A stretch of DNA of 64,000 nt from Eledone cirrhosa. Taxonomy: Eukaryota. Of this stretch, positions 26,001-39,789 are shown one piece after another; the stretch's first letter is position 1; each line of letters opens with the position of its first letter. The position numbers and the translations under genes are program-made. The stretch is from positions 350,114,001-350,178,000 of the forward strand of contig OZ024742.1 of the NCBI GenBank assembly GCA_964016885.1, read 5' to 3'. The notes under the pieces were generated by a model. It made no database searches. It was not told the origin of the DNA and worked only from the letters and a program-made list of their open reading frames with translations.

Positions 26001-29000
26001 GGAGGTTAGAGAGTGTCAGTGATGGGGAGGTTAGATAGTGTCAGTGATGGGGGAGATTAGAGAGTGTCAGTGATGGGGAGGAGGTTAGAGAGTGTCAGTG
26101 GTGAGGAGGAGGTTAGAGAGTGTCAGTGATGGGGAGGAGGTTAGAGAGTGTCAGGGATGGGGAGGTTAGAGAGTGTCAGTGATGGGGGAGATTAGAGAGT
26201 GTCAGTGATGGGGGAGTTTAGAGAGTGTCAGTGACGGGGAGGTTAGAGAGTGTCAGTGATGGGGGAGATTAGAGAGTGTCAGTGATGGGGGAGATTAGAG
26301 AGTGTCAGTGATGGGGAGGAGGTTAGAGAGTGTCAGTGATGGGGAGGAGGTTAGAGAGTGTCTGTGGTGGGGAGGAGGTTAGAGAGTGTTTGTGGTGGGG
26401 AGGAGGTTAGAGAGTGTCAGTGATGGGGAGGTTAGATAGTGTCTGTGGTGGGGAGGTTAGAGAGTGTCAGGGATCGGGAGGTTAGAGAGTGTCAGTGATG
26501 GGGAGGTTAGAGAGTGTCAGTGATGGGGAGGTTAGATAGTGTCAGTGATGGGGAGGAGGTTAGAGAGTGTCAGTGATGGGTAGGTTAGAGAGTGTCAGTG
26601 ATGGGGAGGTTAGAGAGTGTCAGTGATGGGGAGGTTAGAGAGTGTCAGTGATGGGGTGGTTAGAGAGTGTCAGTGATGGGGAGGAGGTTAGAAAGTGTCA
26701 GTGATGGGGGAGATTAGAGAGTGTCAGTGATGGGGAGGTTAGAGAGTGTCAGTGATGGGGAGTTGGTTAGAGAGTGTCAGTGATGGGGAGGTTAGAGAGT
26801 GTCAGTGATGGGGAGGTTAGAGAGTGTCAGTGATGGGGAGGAGGTTAGAGAGTGTCAGTGATGGGGAGGTTAGAGAGTGTCAGTGATGGGTAGGTTAGAG
26901 AGTGTCAGTGATGGGGAGGTTAGAGAGTGTCAGTGATGGGGAGGTTAGAGAGTGTCAGTGATGGGGAGGAGGTTAGAGAGTGTCAGGGATGGGGAGGTTA
27001 GAGAGTGTCAGTGATGGGGAGGAGGTTAGAGAGTGTCAGTGATGGGGAGGTTAGAGAGTGTCAGTGATGGGGAGGAGGTTAGAGAGTGTCAGTGATGGGG
27101 AGGTTAGAGAGTGTCAGTGATGGGGAGGTTAGAGAGTGTCAGTGATGGGGAGGAGGTTAGAGAGTGTCAGTGATGGGGAGGTTAGAGAGTGTCAGTGATG
27201 GAGAGGTTAGAGAGTGTCAGTGATGGGGAGGAGGTTAGAGAGTGTCAGTGATGGGGAGGTTAGAGAGTGTCAGTGATGGGGAGGAGGTTAGAGAGTGTCA
27301 GTGATGGGGAAGTTAGAGAGTGTCAGTGATGGGGAGGAGGTTAGAGAGTGTCTGTGGTGGGGAGGAGGTTAGAGAGTGTTTGTGGTGGGGAGGAGGTTAG
27401 AGAGTGTCAGTGATGGGGAGGTTAGAGAGTGTCAGTGATGGGGAGGTTAGAGAGTGTCAGTGATGGGGAGGTTAGAGAGTGTCAGTGATGGGGAGGTTAG
27501 AGAGTGTCAGTGATGGGGAGGTTAGAGAGTGTCAGTGATGTGGAGGTTAGAGAGTCGCAGTGATGGGGAGGTAAGAGAGTGTCAGTGATGGGGAGGTTAG
27601 AGAGTGTCAGTGATGGGGAAGTTAGAGAGTGTCAGTGATGGGGAGGTTAGAGAGTGTCAGTGATGGGGAGGTTAGAGAGTGTCAGTGATGGGGAGGTTAG
27701 AGAGTGTCAGTGATGGGGAGGTTAGAGAGTGTCAGTGATGGGGAGGTTAGAGAGTGTCAGTGATGGGGAGGTTAGAGAGTGTCAGTGATGGGGAAGTTAG
27801 AGAGTGTCAGTGATGGGGAGGTTAGAGAGTGTCAGTGATGGGGAGGAGGTTAGAGAGTGTCAGTGATGGGGAGGTTAGAGAGTGTCAGTGATGGGGAGGT
27901 TAGAGAGTGTCAGTGATGGGGAGGTTAGAGAGTGTCAGTGATGGGGAGGTTAGAGAGTGTCAGTGATGGGGAAGTTAGAGAGTGTCAGTGATGGGGAGGT
28001 TAGAGAGTGTCAGTGATGGGGAAGTTAGAGAGTGTCAGTGATGGGGAGGTTAGAGAGTGTCAGTGATGAGGAGGTTAGAGAGTGTCAGTGATGGGGAGGT
28101 TAGAGAGTGTCAGTGATGGGGAGGTTAGAGAGTGTCAGTGATGGGGAAGTTAGAGAGTGTCAGTGATGGGGAGGTTAGAGAGTGTCAGTGATGGGGAGGT
28201 TAGAGAGTGTCAGTGATGGGGAGGTTAGAGAGTGTCAGTGATGGGGAAGTTAGAGAGTGTCAGTGATGGGGAGGTTAGAGAGTGTCAGTGATGGGGAGGT
28301 TAGAGAGTGTCAGTGATGGGGAGGTTAGAGAGTGTCAGTGATGGGGAGGTTAGAGAGTGTCAGTGATGGGGAGGTTAGAGAGTGTCAGTGATGGGGAGGT
28401 TAGAGAGTGTCAGTGATGGGGAAGTTAGAGAGTGTCAGTGATGGGGAGGTTAGAGAGTGTCAGTGATGGGGAAGTTAGAGAGTGTCAGTGATGGGGAGGT
28501 TAGAGAGTGTCAGTGATGGGGAGGTTAGAGAGTGTCAGTGATGGGGAGGTTAGAGAGTGTCAGTGATGGGGAGGTTAGAGAGTGTCAGTGATGGGGAAGT
28601 TAGAGAGTGTCAGTGATGGGGAGGTTAGAGAGTGTCAGTGATGGGGAGGAGGTTAGAGAGTGTCAGTAATGTGAAGGATGTTAGAGAGTGTCAGTGATGG
28701 GGGAGATTAGAGAGTGTTAGTGATGGGGAGGTTAGAGAGTGTCAGTGATGGGGAGGTTAGAGAGTGTCAGTGATGGGGAGGTTAGAGAGTGTCAGTGATG
28801 GGGTGGTTAGAGAGTGTCAGTGATGGGGAGGTTAGAGAGTGTCAGTGATGGGGAGGTTAGAGAGTGTCAGTGATGGGGAGGTTAGAGAGTGTCAGTGATG
28901 TGGAGGTTAGAGAGTCGCAGTGATGGGGAGGTAAGAGAGTGTCAGTGATGGGGAGGTTAGAGAGTGTCAGTGATGGGGAAGTTAGAGAGTGTCAGTGATG

Positions 29001-29845
29001 GGGAGGTTAGAGAGTGTCAGTGATGGGGAGGTTAGAGAGTGTCAGTGATGGGGAGGTTAGAGAGTGTCAGTGATGGGGAGGTTAGAGAGTGTCAGTGATG
29101 GGGAGGTTAGAGAGTGTCAGTGATGGGGAGGTTAGAGAGTGTCAGTGATGGGGAGGTTAGAGAGTGTCAGTGATGTGGAGGTTAGAGAGTCGCAGTGATG
29201 GGGAGGTAAGAGAGTGTCAGTGATGGGGAAGTTAGAGAGTGTCAGTGATGGGGAGTTTAGAGAGTGTCAGTGATGGGGAGGTTAGAGAGTGTCAGTGATG
29301 GGGAGGAGGTTAGAGAGTGTCAGTGATGGGGAGGTTAGAGAGTGTCAGTGATGGGGAGGTTAGAGAGTGTCAGTGATGGGGAGGTTAGAGAGTGTCAGTG
29401 ATGGGGAGGAGGTTAGAGAGTGTCAGTGATGGGGAAGTTAGATAGTGTCAGTGATGGGGGGGGGGGTAGAGAGTGTCAGTGATGGGGGGGGTTAGAGAGT
29501 GTCAGTGATGGGGAGGTTAGAGAGTGTCAGTGACTGGGGGAGGTTAGAGAGTGTCAGTGATGGGGAAGTTAGAGAGTGTCAGTGATGGGGAGGAGGTTAG
29601 AGAGTGTCAGTGATGGGGAGGTTAGAGAGTGTCAGTGATGGGGAGGTTAGAGAGTGTCAGTGATGGGGAGGTTAGAGAGTGTCAGTGATGGGGAGGTTAG
29701 AGAGTGTCAGTGACTGGGGGGGGTTAGAGAGTGTCAGTGATGGGGAAGTTAGAGAGTGTCAGTGATGGGGGGGGTTAGAGAGTGTCAGTGATGGGGAGGT
29801 TAGAGAGTCTCAGTGACTGGGGCGGGGGGGGGGGGTTTAGAGAGT
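20075..29845. repeat. G-rich minisatellite, 25-bp unit GTGATGGGGAGGTTAGAGAGTGTCA with 28-bp variants, about 9.8 kb
   Basis: Continuous tandem array seen directly. Confidence 0.98.
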
Positions 29846-29914
29846 TATCAATTGTAGAATTTAGAGGAGAACAATAATAATAATAATATATAAAGAATTG
29901 TTTGTTGGTCACAG

Positions 29915-30565
29915 TAACGCTGGTTGGATGATGAATAGTGTAGTTTGATGGTGATAGGTTGATGGTGGGGATGATGGTGTGTTGGTGGTGATGATGGTGA
30001 TGATGGGTTGGTGATGGTGATGGTGGTGATGATGATGGACATGAATGAGATGATGGACATGATGGTGATGTTGGTGATGGTGACGGTGGTGATGATAATG
30101 ATGATGGTGGTGGTGATGGTGGTGGTGATGAACGTGATGATTTGGATGATGGGGATGGGAGTGGTGATGATGATTTTGATGGTGGTGATGATGGTGATGG
30201 GGAAGAGGATCACATTGTTGTTGATATTGACGATGGTGATGGTGATGGTGATGGTGATGGGAATGGTGATGATGATGATACGTGTTGCTAATGGTGATGA
30301 TGGTGATGGTGATGAGGATGATAGTGATGCTGCTGCTGCTGATGATGATGATGAGTGTATTGATGATGAATAGGATAGTGTTGCTTATAGTGATGATGGT
30401 GAAGATGATGATGATGATGATGTTGATGATGATGATGGTGATGATGAGCATTACGATATTTACGTTCATAACAACAAGAGCCACAACAACAACAACAACA
30501 ACAACAGCAGCAGGAGCAGCAGCAAGGGCAACAAGAATAACAACAACAACAACAACAACAACAGT
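29915..30565. repeat. Degenerate (GAT/GGT)n and (ACA)n trinucleotide low-complexity region
   Basis: Seen directly. Explains the poly-M/H/I ORFs. Confidence 0.92.
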
Positions 30566-30742
30566 GATAATTCTTTCTACGGTCTGTACAGAGATGTGAA
30601 CCCGTATAAAGAATGTGAAAGATTAGAGAGATATAAGGGAACACTGTACCATGTAGTGTCCCATGTGGGGTGTTTAGAAGGTTTGATTGGTGGTAGGGGA
30701 ATATATCGTTATAATGATCCAGGTTTATTATGAGAAATAAGT

Positions 30743-30922
30743 GCGGTGGAGTGGCAGTATCGGTAGAGTGTCACGCACTATGCTTTGTAGCCTAGAGTTA
30801 TGGCCATTTACGTCCTGAGTTCAAATCCCACCGAGGTTAGCTTTTCCTTTCATCCTTACAGGGTCGATAAAATAAAGACCCAGTAATACACTGGGGTCGA
30901 TTTAATCGACTTCCCCTCCCCT
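30743..30922 (+). mobile_element. tRNA-derived SINE
   Basis: A-box-like tggcagtatcgg, B-box gagttcaaatcc, body cctttcatccttacagggtcgataaaataaa. Homologous fragments at 34940 and 62750. Confidence 0.75.
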
Positions 30923-31672
30923 AATTGGTAGCCTAGAGTAGAGTTCATTAAGATGATATTGATAAAAAGGTAACGAGGATCTTGTGGTATCTGAATTGAG
31001 ACGGCAAATTAATGAAATTATATGTTCCTGATATCGGCAGAGGCCTATATAATTTGATGGGGGTAAAACCATTGGTTACATCTATACCAGGGCATAAAAG
31101 ACATTTCTAGGTTGTCTCCATGGCGCTATAAAATATGAGAGAGAAGTTACAGTCATACTTATGTAGGAACCTATTTAATTTGTGTGATATACTGCGATAT
31201 ACTGAACTAACGAGTCAGTTGAACATTTTGATGCCGGTTAAACCCTTGATTACATCTTAACCAGGGCATAAAAGAGACTTATTTTCTAGAATCAGACAGT
31301 CTGAAAGACATACACGCATTTAATATAATTAAAACATAACTGAAAATTCAGAACGTGATTTCTTGCAATTAAATAAATCTTCTAAGATCGTCACATGTCC
31401 AGCAATATGGAAGAAATTATCATTGTTGTTGGTGTTGTTGTTTTAGTTTTAGATAAAACATGCTTGATATATTTGCGGGAAGCTTACACTATTATCGCCT
31501 ACGGTTACCATTGACTTAACAGTAAGCACTGATGTGTGTATATATATATATATTTATATATATATGTGTGTATGTATGTGTGTGTGTGTGTGAATGCGAG
31601 TGTATGTATGTATACACATATGTATGTGTGTGTATGTGTGTGTATGTGTGTGTATGTGTGTGTCAGTGTGTG

Positions 31673-31728
<56 letters not shown>

Positions 31729-31745
31729 GGTGTGTGTGTGTGTGA

Positions 31746-31799
<54 letters not shown>

Positions 31800-32116
31800 A
31801 TGTATATATATATATGTGTGTGTGCGTCTGATTAAATCACTTCAAAGGGTTATTATACAATTACTGACGTCTTTGAAATGCGTATAACTGGTTTATATAA
31901 TAGAGAATGTACACTACAAACCGTCTCTCTTCTTTATAACATTGCCAATCCGTTTGATACGTTATTGATAATACTTAAGGAACACAAGTGGTTGAGTACT
32001 TTACGTCTGTTTACAGTCGGCAGGCTAATTGATCAACCAACATTTCTTTACAGTAATTCACACACACACCCACACACACACACACCCACACACCCACACA
32101 CACACACCCACACACA

Positions 32117-32153
<37 letters not shown>

Positions 32154-32456
32154 CATATACAGGGGCCCGCCGTCGAAGAGACAACACCACGTGTTCGGCA
32201 GAACCCCTGTATCACGAAAGGAAAATCTTTTTCGGGACAAATATTGGATTTTTCCAAAATGTAATGGTTTATTGGGAACTCTCAACGTTTTGCTGTCTAA
32301 AGAGCTTAGACTATCATAACTGATAGTCGTCAGTGAAATATGTATAACGCAGTTTTAAAATAAACCTGAATCAACTGAATATGGCCTCTGATCTTTTATT
32401 AATATCTCTCTCTATATATATATAGTTAATTCCACAACAAGTTATCAAACCATAGT

Positions 32457-32493
32457 CGAGGACAGGCGTTTCACCGAGCGGGTTTTCAACTCG
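32457..32493 (-). ncRNA. Minimal hammerhead motif, U3-A8 core
   Basis: Minus strand: cgag TTGAAAA c-ccg-ct-cgg-t GAAAC gcct GTC ctcg. Confidence 0.6.
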
Positions 32494-32600
32494 TGTATGT
32501 CTGCGGTGAGAACAGAAATAACTCTATATCGAACTCGTCCTCTTGACTGTCTTCTCTACTTACTATGGATATGACCTCCCGTTGTTTTATCGCTACACAA

Positions 32601-32657
<57 letters not shown>

Positions 32658-32737
32658 TTATGGCAGGATGAAGGCGGATGATATAGACGCGTATGGTGGG
32701 AACCCGAGAGAAAGAGGATTTGCTCCGAAATCCATAG

Positions 32738-32830
32738 ACGTGTCTGAGGAACCTGCGAATCCAGAGTCAGGTTCGATCCACACAGGGATCGCACCTCGAG
32801 CTGTTCGCCGGGGAAACAATTGTAATACGT
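32738..32830 (+). ncRNA. Type I hammerhead, CUGAGGA core, large stem II domain
   Basis: acgtgt CTGAGGA acc...ggg GAA acaattgt A atacgt, within a ~220-bp insert (32655-32875) flanked by (TA)n. Confidence 0.68.
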
Positions 32831-32873
32831 AATAAATTGAGTTCCGATGCATCACGGTTTCTTCGTTTTCCAT

Positions 32874-32956
<83 letters not shown>

Positions 32957-33352
32957 TTTTTCGAATATTAATCATAGTATTCGATTCGTTTGCAATTATG
33001 CAAACAAGCCTCATTTTTAAGCCATATCAGTAGAATGAACCCCTCATTCTTGCTCTTGTGTTGGCATGTAAACAGAACTGCAGACACTAATATATCTGGG
33101 TATTACCCTTTATCAGTACAGTTCACTGTCACCTGCCAACTGTCAGATCTAGTGAAAATATATGATATTTTCTAAAATATACAGTGACTGATCGGCCTGA
33201 TTTGCATATTAGCGTGAAACATTCAATTAATCACAATACTAAGCCAGGCTGTTTCGTTGGCAAATTGTTTATTTGCTGCTTTAGAATAGTTCCTCCATAA
33301 AGACAATTGTATATAAATAACACACTACTATACTCCGTACTAATTAATAGCA

Positions 33353-34435
33353 AATTAGGGTTAGGTTTAGTGTTGGGTTTAGAGTTAGAGTTAGGTTTAG
33401 GATTAATGTTTGATGTTAGCTTTAGGGTTAGCGTTTGGGGGTTGGTGTTATGTTTAGGGTTAGGGTTTGGGTTTGGTGTTATGTTTAGGGATAGTGTTTG
33501 AATTTAGTGTTATGTTTAGGGTTAGTGCTTGGGTTTGGTGTTATGTTTAGGGTTAGTGTTTGGGTTTGGTGTTATGTTTAGTGTTTGGGTTTGGGTTTGG
33601 CGTTATGTTTAAGGTTAGTGTTTGGGTTGGTGTTATGTTTAGAGTTAGGGTTTGGGTTTGGTGTTATGTTTAGGGTTAGTGTTTGGGTTTGGTGTTATGT
33701 TTAGTGTTAGTGTTTGGGTTTGGTGTTATGTTTAGGGTTAGGGTTTGGGTTTGGTGTTATGTTTAGGGTTAGTGTTAGTGTTTGGAGTTGGGGTTATGTT
33801 TAGGGTTAATGTTTGGGTTTGGGGTTATGTTTAGGATTAGTGTTTGGGTTTGGTGTTATGTTTAGGGTTAATGTTTGGGCTTGGTGTTATGTTTAGGGTT
33901 AGTGTTGGGGTTGGTTTTATGTTTAGGGTTAGTATTTGGGTTTGGTGTTATGTTTAGGGTTAGTGTTTGGGTTTGGTGTTATGTTTAGGGTTAGTGTTTG
34001 GGTTTGGTGTTATGTTTAGGATTAGTGTTTGGGTTTGATGTTATGTTTAGGGTTATGGTTTGGGGTTGTTTTTATGTTTAGGGTTATGGTTTGGGTTTGG
34101 TGTTATATTTAGGGTTAGTGTTTGGGGTTGGTGTTATGTTTAGGGTAGTGTTTGGGTTTGGTGTTATGTTTAGGATTAGTGTTTGGGTTTGATGTTATGT
34201 TTAGGGTTATGGTTTGGGGTTGTTTTTATCTTTAGGGTTATGGTTTGGGTTTGGTGTTATGTTTAGGGTTAGTGTTTGTGGTTGGTGTTATGTTTAGGGT
34301 TAGTGTTAGTGTTTGGGTTTGGTGTTATGTTTAGGGTTAGTGTTTGGGGTTGGTGTTATGTTCAGGGTTAGGTTTGGTGTTAGGTTTAGGGTTTGTGTTT
34401 GGGGTGGTGGTTAATGGTTAGAGATGAGGATTAGG
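33353..34435. repeat. TTAGGG-derived 31-bp minisatellite (TGTTATGTTTAGGGTTAGTGTTTGGGTTTGG)
   Basis: Period of 31 seen at 33661 and 33692. Built from degenerate telomere-like hexamers. Confidence 0.9.
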
Positions 34436-34817
34436 ACCTATTTTAAATTAGTATTACGGTTCAGGGTAAAGGTTGCGTTATGGTTAAGTTTAGGAGGTTT
34501 ATGAATGTTTTCTGATTTTATGGCAATCAATCTGGAGTCAATAATGTCCAGGAAACTGAATTAATCTAATCCCTAACATTACTGCTCAACTTTAACACTA
34601 ACTTGCTATATAAGAGTTCGGATTATAGTTTTGTTTTTACACTCCAAAATATATATTAGTACCTTATATATATATATATTATCTTTCCGTTTGGGTTTCT
34701 TTTGGAGAGCACTCTTCCATATATATACAATATATAACTTTATATATGTATATAAACGGAGTGTGTGTATATATATTGTATACACACACACATGTATACA
34801 TACATTTATATATATAA

Positions 34818-34896
<79 letters not shown>

Positions 34897-34939
34897 ATTG
34901 TTTCTACTTTTGGCACCAGGCCAGTAATTATTCCAGTGC

Positions 34940-35013
34940 ATTACTGGTACTTTATTTTATCGACCCTGTAAGGATGAAAGGCAAAGTTAACCTCGGCGGG
35001 ATTTGAACTCAGG
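34940..35013 (-). mobile_element. SINE fragment (same family as 30743)
   Basis: Reverse complement of cctgagttcaaatccc..gaggtt..cctttcatccttacagggtcgataaaataaa. Confidence 0.75.
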
Positions 35014-35051
35014 TCATAAAGGGAGGTAACTCTCTCTCTATATATATAATA

Positions 35052-35117
<66 letters not shown>

Positions 35118-35329
35118 AACAAATGAAACCCATACATACATATATATATATATGTGTGTGCATGTATGTATGTATATACATACTACTGTACGTCTGTATA
35201 CATATATGTATGTACGTATACATACTTATATATATATATATATAAAGATGAGGATTTTATCAGCAAATTCCAGTATGGAATTTGCTGTCGAAATGGCAAG
35301 TGGTCAGCCGTCGGACCTGGACTCTGTTA

Positions 35330-35372
<43 letters not shown>

Positions 35373-35687
35373 ACATGTGTGCATGTGTATGTATAAATGT
35401 TAGTGTGTGTCTGTGTGTGTTTATGTATATGTATATAAAGTCAATACTAATCAAATGAAAAATCTATAAAATTAGCACAACGAATAAAAAAACATATCAT
35501 TCCTTCCCTATCAGATTTCACCAAAATTAACTTATTGTATATCCTGGATGCAAACATAGGATATAAAGCAATATACATGTTCGGGGCCTTTTTCTCCGTT
35601 GGGGCTGTGAATTATGGGTCATGCAGTGATGAAACTATTACGAACCAATGAAAAAAAACAGAGTAACAGACATAAATATAGGCTGAG

Positions 35688-35719
<32 letters not shown>

Positions 35720-36061
35720 GGAGAGAGAGAGAGTGAGAGAGAGACCAAGAGAGAGAGAGAGAAAGAGAGGGACTACGAAAAGAGGGACCACTTACGATTC
35801 GATTTATCACCCATGAAAGCCTGCTCAGAGCTGGCTTTGTGTTCTTCTGCAATGGAAATTTCAAATAAATTACTGTTAATTCATCAACACATTCACAAAC
35901 GCTTTCTCTCACCTTTTTTCTTTTATATATTTTAATCAATTTCATTTAAACACTTTCATTTAATTTTCTCATGTCAGCCATACAAATGTCACAATTTACA
36001 TAAATTCCAATAGAACACAGGCACACACACAAACAGCTCTGTCTGCCTGTTTGTCTGTCTG

Positions 36062-36137
<76 letters not shown>

Positions 36138-36169
36138 AGATCAAAAGATGGTTAAAGGAGTTCCATGTA

Positions 36170-36239
36170 TTTTATTATGCGCATTTCAAAAACAAACATC
36201 ATCATGCAATAATAATATTTGTGTTTTCATCAGATAAAA
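36170..36239 (-). ncRNA. Type I hammerhead in PLE 3' pseudo-LTR
   Basis: Reverse complement of 42387-42456. Confidence 0.8.
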
Positions 36240-37332
36240 CAGGAGAACATGATATGAAGGCTAAAAAACACTTGTGGATAGTGCAGTTTTAAATCAACAT
36301 ATGAAAAGTGGTTTTAGATTGATGTGTGATATTGGGAAAAATATTTTATTTAGAGAGGGGGTGGGGGGTGGAAAGGATGAAAAAGGGGAGGAGATGAGAG
36401 GGAGAGATGGGTGATAGAGAGAAAGAGATAGTTTTTATAACTGAGAGAAGATATATTGTTTTACATAGAGAGGTTGAAAACCGTTGGAAGATAATGTATG
36501 AATTAAAAGAATTTGAAAATTAACGAAGGGAAAGATATGTACGAGGAAAAAATATTTTATTTAGGGAGGGGGGCGGAAAGGATGAAAAAAGGGGGAGGAG
36601 ATGAGAGTGAAGGTGGAGAGGGAGAGATGGGTGATAGAGAGAAAGAGATAGTTTTTATAACTGAGAAAAGATATATTGTTTTACATAGAGAGGTTGAGAA
36701 CCGTTGGAAGATAATGTATAAATTAAAAGAATTTGAAAATTCGCGAAGGGAAAAATATTTGCGAGGAAAGAGAGGGAGTTTATGTATGAAGATAGAGAGA
36801 AAAAAATAATAATTGTGGATGAATATTCTAACGTGAAAAAGGTGTATGTTGATAAGTATTGTGGCAATTTCAAAATTAACGAAGAGAAAAAATTATTAAG
36901 GTTTGTGTGTAGAAGGATTTGAGAAAAATAATGTGAAGTTAAAGTTTGTATATTGAAGGAATTGATAATATGTGCGAAGAACGAGTTAATATGTATTAAG
37001 AATGAGTTCGTTGATGGGAGAAAAAAATAATAAATTAAGGATGAAATTGAGATTAAAAAGTTTTATGATAGAGAGAAAAAATAATAATAATTGCGGATGA
37101 ATATTCTAACGTCAAAAAAACAAATGTATATGTTATGAAGGATTTTACAAGGTGAAGATAGAAAGAGGGTAATGAGTAAACAAGTATTATAGAGTGTATA
37201 ATGCCCTTTAAAGTAAGGTAGGAAGATGGGTATATTTTAAAGAGGTGTATGTATATTTGCCTTTGAGAAAAGATTCTAAATTGATAAAGAATTGAATATT
37301 AACTGTATACTTTGTGAAAAGTCCTATGGAAT

Positions 37333-39692
37333 TTATGCAGGCAGATAGAAAACAAATCTGTACGTTATTATAGAATCTAGATTAGAGATAATGGTAAATT
37401 TTTCATTTAGGCAGAGATTACAGATTTTAGATAGAGAGCTGTTCAAGTATGAGGATGCAGAAGAAACCTTCTTCCAAAAGATGGTATATTTAATGTTTTT
37501 GTCTTTCAAGGACCATATGAGTTCTGAGAGAGCCGTGTTGGTTCTTTTAAGTTTGTATTTGAAAGATGAATGGTGATTATAGAGACGAGCTTTAAAAGAG
37601 GTGGAAGTGGAGCCAAAATAGGTGAAGGAATTGGTGCTAGTTATAACTTTACATTCATAAATTAAGTTTTTATCAAGACAATGGTTGTTGAGAGGACATT
37701 TATTTTTAATGCGGCAGTTGCAATTAGAGAGATTATTATGAGTGACCTAGTGTTATCTATAGAAGGAATTGGATTGGAGAAGTTGTTTGCGATAGGAATA
37801 ATAGGAATAATAGTTTCTTGATTTAGAGTTGGATTATGAACATTTAGCGAAGTTGTGTTTGACGTTGTATTTGGGTTTACAGAAGTTAGCCTAGGGTTTA
37901 CAATGACGTCGGGAGTAATATTACTGTTATTATGAAATTCAATGTTGGAAGGAAGAGATTTAGTATTTAGTATTTTATTGTTGTGTTTAGAGATGATGTT
38001 GGAAATATTGGAGGATGTAGAATAAGAAAATTTGATGGTGTGTTTGTTAAATATTTTACTATAGATATGTGAGGGAGGGAAGCATTTATTTAAGGCACTA
38101 ACAAATAATTTAGGAATATTGTTATTAATAGAGATGGAGAAAGGAGCATTATACCAGATTATGTTTTTGTATCTAGGTCTTTTATTAAAATTATTGGAAT
38201 GATCATGATTAATTATTCTACTGTAAGTTTTTCTAGAATTTGTTTCTTTACTATATTTGATTTTATCTGGATAGCCGGCTTTAGAAAGTGCGTTATTATA
38301 GTAATTGGCGTTAGCATCAAAGATGTTTTTATTAGAAGATATGTTAGATATTCTTTTTCCAATATTACTAACTATAGCATTCTTGATATTGGTAGGATGG
38401 TTAGATTTAAAGTTAACATAATTGAGGTTCTCATTGTTTTTATGGTAGGGGTAATATAGGCCAGTGTCAAGATTAAGAGATACATCCACGAAATTAGCTA
38501 GTTTGATACTATTATCAAATTCAATTTTTAGGTTATGTTGGTTAAAGAGATTACGTATATTGTTCTTAATAATATTAAGGTTAACTATATTGCAATTTAA
38601 GATAGTAAAGAGTCCATCGTCACGATGAATTCCACCGCGAAGTTGAGGAATCTTCCGACTCAAAGAGTTCAAAATAAAGATACCAATTAAATCAGTCAAT
38701 TGGGATGAATAGGATGCTCCCATTGTGATGTCGAAGTTGTTAGAGGTATCGGCTCTGGTCCAATATTCGTTGTTGAACTCTAGGATGGTTTTACGTGCGG
38801 TGAGGATGATGTGAAGTTCATCTGTGGTGATGTCAGAATATTTAAGTGTGAAAGATAGAGCATTATTGAGAAGTGAAGGCGAAATGGAGGAATAGTAGCT
38901 GGCAATATCAAATTGAATAAATTTTAGTTTGTTTTTATTATCCAATTTGTTGAACCAGCCAATCACTTCAGAAGTACCAAACCATAAATTTAGGTTCAAA
39001 GAAGAGCAATTAGAACTAACCTGTGGGATAATTCTATCCAAGATGGCTTTACTAACATCAGATCAGATTTAGAGGGGGCGATTAATCTAACAGGTAGTTC
39101 AGTTCGAAAATTGTTTTTGTGATCCTTGAGATTTATCCTCGGAGTTCTTGGGAGGAATGGTTCGGTCTTTTTTTCAATGCCAAGTTTTGACATAATCTCA
39201 GAGGCTTCAAGGTTTATGTATTCTAAATTTTCATGGTTGGTTTTACGATACTTTTTCCTAAGTTCCTTTAGGATAAGGTTGTTATAATTATCCTTGGAAA
39301 TACCATATAAGTTATTGGTTTTGTCAGAGTGGACTAAAACATTTTTTGAGGAATTTAGGTTAGAAATTGTGTTCTTGAGATTTACAAGGTGCTCTTGTCC
39401 TTTGTAAGGGTATCTCTTGAATTTAAGATTTTTTTATTATTTTAGTTAATTCTTCCTCGAATTGTACTAGATTTTTGTTGGAAGGAGGATTTCGTCTAGA
39501 ATTAAATAGATGATCGAGGAAGTTATGTTCTTTGGTATGGAAGTTCCCTTTTAGGCGCTGGTCATAGAAATAGGCTGTCCATCTAAGTCTTCTTACGAAG
39601 GAGTCAGTTTTTTCAATAAGAAGTTTGGTGAATTCAGATTTACCAGGTATAGGAATGTCTTTAGTTGAATTGGTTATGTTGTAATAATCCAT
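37333..39692 (-). pseudogene. PLE RT + GIY-YIG ORF, full span but frameshifted
   Basis: N-terminal KDIPIP..SFVRRLRW, SDKT motif, QFDIASYY, ITMGAS, HRDDGL. Split into ORFs 39423-39749, 38996-39193 and 37662-39041. Confidence 0.9.
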
Positions 39693-39789
39693 GTTGTAGA
39701 AGAAGTAAAAGACCATCAAAAGGTATCCAATATGAGAGTAAGCGCTCAACCGTTAAGGAGCAAGTTAATGTAGGAGGTGAGTTTTATTG

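Noticed and set aside
20075-29845. CRISPR-like array
   Set aside because: Repeats are contiguous with no unique spacers, there are no cas genes, and the context is eukaryotic.
30743-30835. tRNA gene
   Set aside because: A and B boxes are present but there is no cloverleaf, and it continues into a repeated SINE body.
35245-35331. HHR-like 3' half (hairpin + GAAAtggc..gccGTC), related to family A
   Set aside because: No 5' core or stem I visible, so at most a truncated remnant.
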